Shown here: piece after piece, positions 37,783 through 46,272 of the stretch
Numbering within the stretch: position 1 is the first letter of the stretch
How the letters are laid out: each line of letters begins with the position of its first letter
NCBI GenBank assembly: GCA_963757765.1
Contig: CAVWSL010000015.1
Coordinates: forward strand, 1,922,524 to 1,986,523
Length of the DNA stretch: 64,000 nt
From: an uncultured Chloroflexia bacterium
GTDB taxonomy: Bacteria; Chloroflexota; Limnocylindria; Limnocylindrales; CSP1-4
Direction: 5' to 3'
Translations under genes and position numbers: made by a program
The notes under the pieces: generated by a model
Seen by the model: only the letters and a program-made list of their open reading frames with translations
The model's database searches: none
What the model was told of the DNA's origin: nothing

Positions 37783-38919
37783 CTAGAGGTCGGCCAGCAG
37801 GTCATCAGGGTCGGTGACCTGTGCCTGGGTAGCGATCCACGCAGGGTCCACCAGGGTGCCGAATCCGGGCAGGTCCGGCAGTGGATCCATCAGGCCATCC
37901 CGGACGACCGGCTGGATGAGTGGGTCATCCATGGGATGCACGCCGGTGTTGGGGATGCCCCACTCGATGGGTGCCTCCGTGTAGCCGAGGGCCCCAAGCA
38001 CCTGGGAATGGATGTGGGGATACATGTGGGTGGTGATGCCGTTGCCATGCGCCTTGACCGTCGCGAGGATGCCCCGCAGCCGAGTGATGCCGCCATTGGT
38101 CGTGGCATCGAGCCGGTTGAAGTCGACCGCGTCGTACTTGAGCAGCGCCTGCGGGTGATACGAGCCGCCCTGCTCGTCGCCCATCGCCACCGGCGTGGAG
38201 ATGCCTTCGCGGATATCGCGCACCATCTGGGCGTCGCCGGGCGGCACGATGTCCTCGAACCAGCCGATACCCAAGCCGTCGAGCCGCTTGCCGAACTCGA
38301 TGGCATCGGTCGCGGTCTTGTGCAGGAAGTTCGCGTCGATGCCCAGCCACGCATCGGGGAACGCGTCGCGGGCTGCCCGGAGCCGTGCGATGGAGTCATC
38401 CCGGGTCGGGGCGATGGGCAGCTTGAAGCGGCGCCATCCCTGGTCCCAGAGGCCCCGGATCTGGGCCACCGTCGCATCGGGCGAGATGGACGGGGGGTAG
38501 CCCACGATGCCCGTCACCGGCATCCGGCGACGTTCGCCACCCAGGTATGCGGTGATGTTCTGGCCCTTCGCCTTGGCCGCGAGGTCCCAGGCCGCACAGT
38601 CGACGACCGAGAGGGCGCGCATGCCGATGCCCGAGGCGTGCACGGCGTTGTTGGCCCAGAGCGCCCTGAAGAACGATGCGTCCGGGTCGTCGACCGGCTG
38701 TTCCAGGTACTGCGGTGCGATGGTGCGCTCCACGATGGCGGCCAAGGGACCGTCCCGTGTCAGCGCGTACGCAAACCCGGAGAGGCCGCTCTCCGCGTCC
38801 ACCCGGACCAGGAAGAACTCCCGGTGGCGCATGATCCAGGTGCCGAACACGATGGGCACCTCGAGCCGATGCAGGATGGTGGCGGCACGGACCCGGACGA
38901 TCCGGTCGACCTCGGACAT
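37783..38919 (-). CDS. Mandelate racemase/enolase superfamily enzyme (probable acid-sugar dehydratase)
   Basis: ALSVVDCAAWDL.AK, FKLP, IDAN, WFED, MGDE, NGGIT, THM, PGFG. Confidence 0.88.
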   Translation of the reverse strand: MSEVDRIVRVRAATILHRLEVPIVFGTWIMRHREFFLVRVDAESGLSGFAYALTRDGPLAAIVERTIAPQYLEQPVDDPDASFFRALWANNAVHASGIGMRALSVVDCAAWDLAAKAKGQNITAYLGGERRRMPVTGIVGYPPSISPDATVAQIRGLWDQGWRRFKLPIAPTRDDSIARLRAARDAFPDAWLGIDANFLHKTATDAIEFGKRLDGLGIGWFEDIVPPGDAQMVRDIREGISTPVAMGDEQGGSYHPQALLKYDAVDFNRLDATTNGGITRLRGILATVKAHGNGITTHMYPHIHSQVLGALGYTEAPIEWGIPNTGVHPMDDPLIQPVVRDGLMDPLPDLPGFGTLVDPAWIATQAQVTDPDDLLADL

Positions 38920-38941
38920 GTCTCCCCCCAGGACGCGTGGA

Positions 38942-39760
38942 CTAGGCGACGAGGTATCCGTCGTCGCACATGATGGTGTGGCCGGTGACCAGCTCTGCCG
39001 CATCGCTGGCGAGGAAGATCGCGGCACCGATGAGCTCGCGGGGCAGACCCAGCCGCGGCCGGAGCATGCGCGCCTTGATGAAGTCGGCCGTCACGGAGGT
39101 GCGCTGTGCGGCGGCGCGCGTCAGTGGCGAGTCCATGAGCGTGGGCCCGATGCCGTTGACCCGCACGCCGCGATCACGCCACTCGAGTGCAAGGCCACGC
39201 GTGACCCCCAGGACCCCGCCCTTGGAAGCGAGATACGCACTCGCCCAGGGATACGCGATGAAGCCGCCGATGGAGGCGAGGTTGATGATGCTGCCCTTGC
39301 CCTGGGCGAGCATCTTGCGTCCGAACGATTGGCAACAGAGATAGGTTCCCTTCAGGTTGAGGTCGAGGATGAAGTCGAGCTTCTCCTCCGGGAAGTCCTC
39401 GGCCGGTGACCGGAAGGCGCTCCCAGCGCTGTTGACCAGGACGTCGACGCGGCCGTGGCGCTCCACCACGAGGTCTGCGAGAGCGTCTACCTCCGCCTTC
39501 ACGGTGACGTCGAGGTGATGGGCGTGGGCGATGCCGCCCTGGGCCGCGATCCGGGCCACGGTCTCCGCGCTGCCGACATCATTCACATCGGCAACGATCA
39601 CCGTCACCCCAGCTTGCGCATAGCCAGTGGCGATGGCCTGGCCCAGGCCGCTGCCGCCTCCGGTCACGACAGCGACGCGACCCGCCAGGTCGAACAAGTT
39701 GGCGACGTAGCCCGGCGGGACGCGCAGCTCCACATCGTCCTCGGCGCGCTGCTCGGTCAT
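38942..39760 (-). CDS. SDR family oxidoreductase (gluconate 5-dehydrogenase/KduD-like)
   Basis: LFDLAGRVAVVTGGGSGLG, YLASKGG, LALEW...GVRVN. Confidence 0.9.
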   Translation of the reverse strand: MTEQRAEDDVELRVPPGYVANLFDLAGRVAVVTGGGSGLGQAIATGYAQAGVTVIVADVNDVGSAETVARIAAQGGIAHAHHLDVTVKAEVDALADLVVERHGRVDVLVNSAGSAFRSPAEDFPEEKLDFILDLNLKGTYLCCQSFGRKMLAQGKGSIINLASIGGFIAYPWASAYLASKGGVLGVTRGLALEWRDRGVRVNGIGPTLMDSPLTRAAAQRTSVTADFIKARMLRPRLGLPRELIGAAIFLASDAAELVTGHTIMCDDGYLVA

Positions 39761-40068
39761 CGCACGACCTCCTCGGAGGTGCCCACCCAGCCGGGCGGGT
39801 CGTTGGGATGCGCGGCGACCGCATGGACCTCCGCATCCAGCCAGGGGAACATCGGTAGAGAGACCAACGCCGCGTGCAGCTCCGTGGGGCTGGGTGCCTC
39901 CCACAGGCCCCAGTTGGCGCGTCGACCGGGGATGCGCCACAGCCGCCGGAGGATCCCGGCGTGGGCCAGCTCCACGGCGCGGGCGTGCTCGGCGGCGGTC
40001 AGGCGCTCCAGCTCCTTCGGGTCGCCATCGCTCGGCCAGTTCACTTGCAGATGGACGATGAACTCCAC
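39757..40068 (-). CDS. Muconolactone delta-isomerase family protein
   Basis: LRRLWRIPGRRANWGLW...ELHAALVSLPMFPWL...HPNDP. Confidence 0.88.
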   Translation of the reverse strand: MEFIVHLQVNWPSDGDPKELERLTAAEHARAVELAHAGILRRLWRIPGRRANWGLWEAPSPTELHAALVSLPMFPWLDAEVHAVAAHPNDPPGWVGTSEEVVR

Positions 40069-40226
40069 GTCGCTCTCCTCCGCCTCAGCCGATCCGGCCG
40101 GTCCAGGTCCCCAGTCCGGGGGTATCGATGCGCAGCCGCCACAGCTGGCCACCATAGCTCGCGTCCGCGGTCTCAGCGAGCACGCCGGCATCGGTCATGA
40201 TCAGGTTCGGATCTGATGTGCTCGGG

Positions 40227-41039
40227 TCACATGTCTGCACCAGCGCTGGTTGCCCAGGCGCCCTGGGCCAGGAACCCGCCGTCGACCGCGAGGTAGCTGC
40301 CGGTCATGAAGCTGGAGCGATCGCTCGCCAGGAAGAGTGCCGCCTGCGCGACATCCTCCGGCTGACCGAGCCGGCGCAGCGGGTGGAAGGCGCCGTAGCG
40401 CTGGAGAGTCGCGTCCAGGTCGCCACCCTCCGCCCGTGCCGCGGCCCGGACCAACTCCGAGTCGATGGTGCCGGGACAGATGGCGTTGACCCGGATCCCC
40501 TCTGGCGCATAGTCGAGCGCCATGTTTCGGGTGAGCGACAGGACGCCACCCTTGCTGGCGGCGTACGACGGCACCCGAGGCATCGACTGGACACCCTGGA
40601 CGCTCGCGATGTTGATGACCGAGCCGCCCTTGCCGGAAGCACGGATGGCAGGAATAGCGGACCGGGAGACGAGGAAGGTCCCTCGAAGATTGACGCCCAG
40701 GATCCGATCCCAGACCTCGACGGGTGTGTCCTCGACCCGGTAGTAGGCGTCGACAGGCTGGATGCCGGCGTTGTTGACCAGCACGTTCAGGCCGCCAAGT
40801 CCCGACACGGTCTCGGCGACCATGCGGCCCGCGTCCTCCGGGTCCGAGACGTCGCCGATGGTCGTGATGACGCGCGATCCCACTGCGCGCAGCTCCCCGG
40901 CCAGGAGCTCAGCGGCGGCGGTGTTGATGTCCGAGATGGCGACCGCGGCACCAGCCCCCGCGAACCCACGCACGATGCCACGCCCGATGCCCAGCGCACC
41001 GCCGGTGACCAGCACCACCCTGCCGTCGAACTCCCCCAT
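40227..41039 (-). CDS. SDR family oxidoreductase
   Basis: TGGALGIG, NNAGIQ, YAASKGG, ICPGTID, HPLRRLG. Confidence 0.93.
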   Translation of the reverse strand: MGEFDGRVVLVTGGALGIGRGIVRGFAGAGAAVAISDINTAAAELLAGELRAVGSRVITTIGDVSDPEDAGRMVAETVSGLGGLNVLVNNAGIQPVDAYYRVEDTPVEVWDRILGVNLRGTFLVSRSAIPAIRASGKGGSVINIASVQGVQSMPRVPSYAASKGGVLSLTRNMALDYAPEGIRVNAICPGTIDSELVRAAARAEGGDLDATLQRYGAFHPLRRLGQPEDVAQAALFLASDRSSFMTGSYLAVDGGFLAQGAWATSAGADM

Positions 41040-41126
41040 CACGAGCCTTTCTGGTTGCGTCAGTCGCCGAGCAGCGCCTGGTCCGGATAGAACGGTGGCT
41101 CTGCAGCGCCAGCACCCGGAACCGGG

Positions 41127-41285
41127 TCACATGGCGTCCGAGTGCCAGACCCGGCCTCGTTCCCCACTGACGTGGATCGTCCCGTCCGGTGAGACGCAGA
41201 TACCCTCGGCGTGATCGACGCCTTGTCCGATCTGCTCCAGGGCGTCGACGGCGATGAGCGGTTGCTGGTGGACCACGGGCCAGAG
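41127..41285 (-). pseudogene. Remnant of the N-terminus of an SMP-30/gluconolactonase gene
   Basis: IGQGVDHAEGICVSPDGTIHVSGERG resembles the first propeller blade, then stops at TGA. Confidence 0.5.
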
Positions 41286-41387
41286 CGTCGGGCAGCGAGC
41301 AGCGATCGTCAACTCGCAGGAGTGGAGCCCGACGATGGCCGATCGCGCGGACCAGGTCCCTTTGCACCCAGCGGTGCGTCCGGTCGC

Positions 41388-41410
41388 TATCATGGCTGGA
41401 AACGCTTGCG
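41388..41410 (+). promoter_or_regulatory. -10 box and LacI-like operator upstream of the lipoyl-carrier operon
   Basis: TATCAT (41388-41393) followed by TGGAAACGCTTGCG. CTGGAAACG is shared with 285-293 and 5280-5288. Confidence 0.45.
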
Positions 41411-41510
41411 CCGCTGGTCGGGACCGTCCGGCATCGCGCGACCTGGGATCCCGATCTTGCGGGGCCGGGATGGCAGCCCATCCCGAACGGACGACATCAC
41501 GGAGGCTTTG

Positions 41511-41756
41511 ATGGCACGCATCCCGATCGAGATGCCCAAGCTCGGCTATGACATGGAGACCGGCACCATCGCAGCGTGGATCAAGCAGGTCGGGGACACC
41601 GTCGCCCGGGGCGACGTGCTGGCGGAGATCGAGACCGAGAAGTCCACCGTGGAGATGGAGGCGCTCGCCGGCGGCACGCTCGTGGAGCAGACCCTGGCAC
41701 CCGGCCAGGAGGTCCCTGTCGGGTCGGTCATCGGATACCTCGAGGACGGCCGATAG
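41511..41756 (+). CDS. Stand-alone lipoyl (biotin/lipoyl attachment) domain protein
   Basis: MPKLG..METGTI..W.K.VGD.V..GD.LAEIETEKS (lipoyl-Lys); 81 aa; GGAGG RBS. Confidence 0.9.
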   Translation: MARIPIEMPKLGYDMETGTIAAWIKQVGDTVARGDVLAEIETEKSTVEMEALAGGTLVEQTLAPGQEVPVGSVIGYLEDGR

Positions 41757-41788
41757 GCCTCGCGCAGCACCAGCGGGGGAGCGCGACC

Positions 41789-43276
41789 ATGGCGGAAGGT
41801 TCGAAAGCCGGTCGGGCGCACGTCCCGATGATGCGTGCGGGCGCGTCCCAGGTGGACATCAGCCCACCGCTGCCGGTGGATGTGCTGGGGTACGTGCGGC
41901 GCGCGGTCGCGCCGCGGTCGTTCGCGGGTCCCCTGCTCGTGACCTGCCTCGTCGTGACCGATGGGGCGACCACGGTCGCCCTCCTGGCTGCTGACCTCGT
42001 GGGCATGACGACGCCGTTCGCGGATCGGCTGCGTGCCGCCGTGGCCAGCGCCATCGGTTGTCGCGCCGGGGATGTGCTCATCAACAGCAGCCATTCGCAC
42101 GCAGCGCCGTGGCCGGGGGCCATCATCAAGCTCGGCGGTGAGTCGGACGCGTGGACCGACCTTGAGCGACGCTATTGGGACACCCTGCCGGACGCGTTCG
42201 CATCCGCCGCGGTCCGAGCGCTAGCGTCGTCTCTGGAAGCACGCGTCGCGGGGGGCGTCGGGCACGCACCGGGCCTGGCAGTGAACCGCCGAGAGCGGAC
42301 CCCTGATGGCCGGACGATCCTGGGCTGGAACCGGGATGGCTTCCTCGACAATTCGGTGCCGACATTGCGCATCGACGGGCTCGACGGGCTGCCCATCGCG
42401 ACGGTCGTCAACTTCGGCTGCCACCCGGTCGTCGTCGGACCCGAAGTGCCCCAGGCGGGGCCTGACTTCGTGGGGCCGCTGCGGGAGCGCACGTCCCAGC
42501 TTCGTGGCGGTGGCGTGACGCTCTTCCTCCAGGGCGCAGCCGGCAATGTGCTCCCGCTGGAGGCGTTCGTCGACCGGCAGGGCCCCGAGGTCGCGTTCGG
42601 GGAGCGGCTGGCGCTCGAGGCGGCCCATGCGGTCGCGGACGCGGATCCTCGCGCGATGACCATCGACCACATCGCGTACGGCTCGGTGACGCCCATCAGC
42701 CTCTACCGCCGGCGCGTGGCGGACGAGCAGCCGACACAGATCGTCGCTTCGGCGAGGCGCATCGTGGAGCTGCCGCTGCTCGCGGCACCCGCCCACGCCA
42801 CCCTGGAGTCGGAGCTCGCGGATCGGAGGGAAGACCTTGCTCGACGCGCCGCCGCGGGCGAGACGCGCGCGACGATGAACCCGGTCCGGTATCACATCGC
42901 CTGGATCGAGCATGTCCTGGCCATGGCGGATGACGGCCCACTGCCAACATCGGTGCCAGGCGAGGTCTGGGCCCTGCGGCTCGGTGATCACGCCGTGGTG
43001 GGCACGCCCGGTGAGATCTTCGGTGAGATCGGCGCGGCCGTCCGTGCTGGGTCGCCTGCCGCGACGACGTTGTTCGCGGGCTACTGCAACGGGGTCCTGG
43101 GGTACGTCGCGACGCCCGAGGAGCATCCCTTCGGCGGCTACGAGCCGGCGGTATCGCATCGTGGTTACGGACAACCAGCGCCGTTCGCACCAGCTGCCGC
43201 CGACCTCCTCCGCGAGACCTCGCTGGAGCTGCTCGCGGACCTGTTCCCGCCGAGCGTGTCCGGGGAGGACGCATGA
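41789..43276 (+). CDS. Neutral/alkaline ceramidase-like Zn amidohydrolase
   Basis: VDISPP, NSSHSHAAP, VNRR, NFGCHP, FLQGAAGN, PGEIFGE, GYCNG..GY, GGYE. Confidence 0.8.
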   Translation: MAEGSKAGRAHVPMMRAGASQVDISPPLPVDVLGYVRRAVAPRSFAGPLLVTCLVVTDGATTVALLAADLVGMTTPFADRLRAAVASAIGCRAGDVLINSSHSHAAPWPGAIIKLGGESDAWTDLERRYWDTLPDAFASAAVRALASSLEARVAGGVGHAPGLAVNRRERTPDGRTILGWNRDGFLDNSVPTLRIDGLDGLPIATVVNFGCHPVVVGPEVPQAGPDFVGPLRERTSQLRGGGVTLFLQGAAGNVLPLEAFVDRQGPEVAFGERLALEAAHAVADADPRAMTIDHIAYGSVTPISLYRRRVADEQPTQIVASARRIVELPLLAAPAHATLESELADRREDLARRAAAGETRATMNPVRYHIAWIEHVLAMADDGPLPTSVPGEVWALRLGDHAVVGTPGEIFGEIGAAVRAGSPAATTLFAGYCNGVLGYVATPEEHPFGGYEPAVSHRGYGQPAPFAPAAADLLRETSLELLADLFPPSVSGEDA

Positions 43277-44559
43277 TCGACCGACCGACCCGCGCCCTGC
43301 CAGACCTGGCCTCCGCGGTCGCCCTCGCCGACTCGCGGCGTCGCGCGCTTCGGACGGACCTGGCGCCCCGGCGTGCCCAGCTGCCGCTGCGGTATTGGCG
43401 CCAGCAGGCCCACTTCACGACACCCGCCGAAGAGGCCATCGCGCGCAAGGCGGTGGAGGGCGGCACCTCGCCCATGGGCCGCATCCTGGAGCGGTTCGGC
43501 GTCGGCCCGATGATGCTCGCGGAACGACTGGGCGTCGACGTCGGGCTCGTGGAGCAGTTGCTCGCGGCGCCCCGGCGCGCCCCGCTCGTGATGCTCGACG
43601 CCGAGGACGCCCTCGCCTTCACCGATGCGGCAGCCGAACTCGGCCGTCAGGGTGCCGCGGATGTCCTTGCCACGGCCGACTGGAGCGGCGGTGGCCCCCG
43701 GAGCCTCCGCTTCTATCGCCCTCCGGGGCTCAACCTTGAGACCACCGCGCGCGAGCTGTACGGCCTGCTATGGACCCTCGCCGAACGTTCCGAGGACGGC
43801 ATCATCCCGCTCGATGGCATCGTCTTCCCCAAGATCGAGCACCCGGACGAGGTCGACCTCGTCCACGGCATGTTGACCGAGGCCGAACGGTCGCTGGGTC
43901 TCCCGACTGGCGGCATCCGGGTCGCCTATCTCGTGGAATCGGGGTGGGCAGCGGCGCAACTGCCGGCCATCGCGGCACGGGCCGCGGACCGGTTGTGTGC
44001 TCTGGTCTTCGGCCTCGCCGACTACTCTGCGGATCTGGGGCTGCCGGCGATCGCCAACGAGCATCCGATCGCCGATTGGGCGCGGGCCACGATCGTGGAT
44101 GTGGCGGGGGCCGTGGGGGTGCCGGCCATCGATGGCATGACCCTCGACTATCCAGTGGCGGACCCGGCTCTCGACGGGCCCGCGAACCGGTCGCGGTTCC
44201 TCGACCGGATGGAGCGGGTGTATCGCGATGCTGTCCGCGCGCGTGACTTCGGGATGCTCGGCAAATGGGTCGGGCATCCGGCCCAGCTGTTCGCGGTGCT
44301 CCTGGCATACGAGGCCGGGTTCCGACCGTCGACCCTCGAGGCGGAGGCGGCCAAGCTCGCGGCGTATGACGTCGCGGTCAACGAGCAGGGCAAGGGCGCC
44401 ACCATCATCGGTGGCGTGATGTCCGACCGGGCGACCGACCGCCACGCTCGGGTCGTGCTGCGCCAGGCGACCGCCCTTGGGCGCTTCGATCCGCAGCGGG
44501 CCCTGGCATTGGGCATCATCGACGCCTCGGACCTCGCTGACATCCAGCCGGAGGCATGA
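43273..44559 (+). CDS. HpcH/HpaI aldolase / citrate lyase beta (CitE-like acyl-CoA lyase)
   Basis: MLDAEDA, VFPKIE, FGLADYSADLG, GMLGKWVGHPAQL. Confidence 0.82.
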   Translation: MIDRPTRALPDLASAVALADSRRRALRTDLAPRRAQLPLRYWRQQAHFTTPAEEAIARKAVEGGTSPMGRILERFGVGPMMLAERLGVDVGLVEQLLAAPRRAPLVMLDAEDALAFTDAAAELGRQGAADVLATADWSGGGPRSLRFYRPPGLNLETTARELYGLLWTLAERSEDGIIPLDGIVFPKIEHPDEVDLVHGMLTEAERSLGLPTGGIRVAYLVESGWAAAQLPAIAARAADRLCALVFGLADYSADLGLPAIANEHPIADWARATIVDVAGAVGVPAIDGMTLDYPVADPALDGPANRSRFLDRMERVYRDAVRARDFGMLGKWVGHPAQLFAVLLAYEAGFRPSTLEAEAAKLAAYDVAVNEQGKGATIIGGVMSDRATDRHARVVLRQATALGRFDPQRALALGIIDASDLADIQPEA

Positions 44560-44563
44560 GGAC

Positions 44564-45073
44564 GTGGCACACGATGACCCGAACGCCGCTGATCGCCGCT
44601 TCGTGAGTGGCTGGCAGGGTCGCTTCCTCGACGACTTCCAGGTGGGAGATGTCTACCGGCACGCGCACGGCCGGACCATCACCCAGACCGACAATACCTG
44701 GTTCACGTTGCTCACCAATAACACCCACGACGTGCACTTCAACGCGGACTACGCGTCGCGCACGGAGTTCGGCAAGCCGCTCGTGGTCTCGACGCTGACA
44801 CTCGCGATCGTCACCGGGCTCTCGGTCCCGGACGTCTCGCAGAATGCGGTCGCGAACCTCGGCTGGGAGCACGTGCGCCTGCCCGCCCCGGTCTTCGCCG
44901 GCGACACCATCTACGCCGAGTCGGAGGTGCTCGAGGTCCGAGCATCGCGGTCCCGACCGGGTCAGGGCATCGTCCGGGTGCGCACCCGGGGCTTCAACCA
45001 GGATGACATCACGGTCCTCGAGTTCGAGCGCAGCGTCCTGGTCTATTCGCGGGCGGGTCGCCCCGGCGCGTAG
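44564..45073 (+). CDS. MaoC family dehydratase (acyl-CoA hydratase)
   Basis: GRFLDDFQVGDVYRH..GRTITQTDNTWFTLLT.N...HFN, NLGW, PVFAGDTIYAESEV. Confidence 0.9.
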   Translation: MAHDDPNAADRRFVSGWQGRFLDDFQVGDVYRHAHGRTITQTDNTWFTLLTNNTHDVHFNADYASRTEFGKPLVVSTLTLAIVTGLSVPDVSQNAVANLGWEHVRLPAPVFAGDTIYAESEVLEVRASRSRPGQGIVRVRTRGFNQDDITVLEFERSVLVYSRAGRPGA

Positions 45074-45087
45074 TTCAGCCGGCGCGC

Positions 45088-46155
45088 CTAGTACATCGGC
45101 GCGATCTCGCCGGAGCCGCGCGCGACCAGTCGAGCCGGGATCATGCGCCGCTGGGACGGCGCCTTGTCACCATCGATGCGCCGGAAGAGCAGCTCCGAGG
45201 CCGCCGCCCCGATGGCCCCGGGGTCCTGCGCGATGACCGTCAGACCCGGTTCCAGCAAGTCGGCGAGGAGCACGTCATCGAACCCGACCAGCGCAACGCG
45301 ATGCTGCCAGCCGCGTTGGCGAAGGGCCATGATGGCGCCGATCGTGACCATGTTCTGGCTGGTGAACAGCGCCGTTGGCGCGACCTCGGAGGGCAACGCG
45401 AGCAGGTCCAGAACCGCGGCCTCCGCGGTCGCCGGGGAATGGAGGTCCTGGCGGACGAGCCGGTCATCGACCGCGACGCCCGCCTCCCGAAGCGCCCGCT
45501 GGTACCCGACGTAACGTTCCCGGGCGGTGGCGATGCGGCCAAGATCGCCAAGGTATGCCAGCCGGCAGTGGCCTCGCCGAAGCATATGCCGCACGCCCTC
45601 GTACGCCCCCTCCTCGTTCGCGGTGAGCACCGAGTCCGCATCCAGGAACGACGGCGGTCGATCGATGAACACGAGCGACATCCCGGCACGCCGCTCGTTC
45701 ACGAGGTAGCCCTGGTCCGGGCCTGCAGGCGCAAGGATCAGGCCATCCACCCGACGCGACACGAATGCTGCGACCAGTCGTCGCTCGCGCTCCGGGTCCT
45801 CGTCCAGGCTGGCCGCCAGGACGGCGATGCCCCGATCGTGTGATGCGTCCTCGATCGCCCGGTGGATGGCGGACGAGAACGGATTGGCCACATCCTCCAG
45901 CAACAGTCCGATGGTCGCGGTCTTCCGATCGGAGCGCCGCAGGCTGCTGGCTGCGAGGTTGTGCTGGTAGTCGAGCTGCTGCGCAGCCTTCCCCACCCGA
46001 CGCACGAGATCTCCGGAGACACCCGGCTCGCCGTTGACCACCCGGCTGACGGTCTTGAGGCTGACCCCCGCCAAGGCGGCCACGTCCTGCATGGTGGCAC
46101 GTCGACGCGAGGGCGTTTCCGGCACCGAGATCGACAACCTTGTCCGGACTGGCAT
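45088..46155 (-). CDS. LacI family regulator of the Frc-like transporter
   Basis: ATMQDVAALAGVSLKTVSRVVN, VANPF, LVGFDD. Start inferred from TACGCT 6 nt upstream of ATG. Confidence 0.93.
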   Translation of the reverse strand: MPVRTRLSISVPETPSRRRATMQDVAALAGVSLKTVSRVVNGEPGVSGDLVRRVGKAAQQLDYQHNLAASSLRRSDRKTATIGLLLEDVANPFSSAIHRAIEDASHDRGIAVLAASLDEDPERERRLVAAFVSRRVDGLILAPAGPDQGYLVNERRAGMSLVFIDRPPSFLDADSVLTANEEGAYEGVRHMLRRGHCRLAYLGDLGRIATARERYVGYQRALREAGVAVDDRLVRQDLHSPATAEAAVLDLLALPSEVAPTALFTSQNMVTIGAIMALRQRGWQHRVALVGFDDVLLADLLEPGLTVIAQDPGAIGAAASELLFRRIDGDKAPSQRRMIPARLVARGSGEIAPMY

Positions 46156-46243
46156 CCACCCAGCGTACCCGAGTATCGTGCCCGGATCGCAACCGACTTG
46201 ACACTCTTCGATCGTCTGGCTATACCAGCAGACAACGTTGTCA
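46133..46243. promoter_or_regulatory. Divergent promoter region with two LacI operators
   Basis: GACAACGTTGTC (46231-46242, perfect) and GACAACCTTGTC (46133-46144); TTGACA 46198-46203, 17 bp spacer, TATACC. Confidence 0.8.
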
Positions 46244-46272
46244 GAGGACAGCGAAGGTGAGGAGGCTACCGA

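Noticed and set aside
37783-40068. catBC (beta-ketoadipate pathway)
   Set aside because: The enolase-family protein lacks KxK, and no catechol dioxygenase or enol-lactone hydrolase is present.
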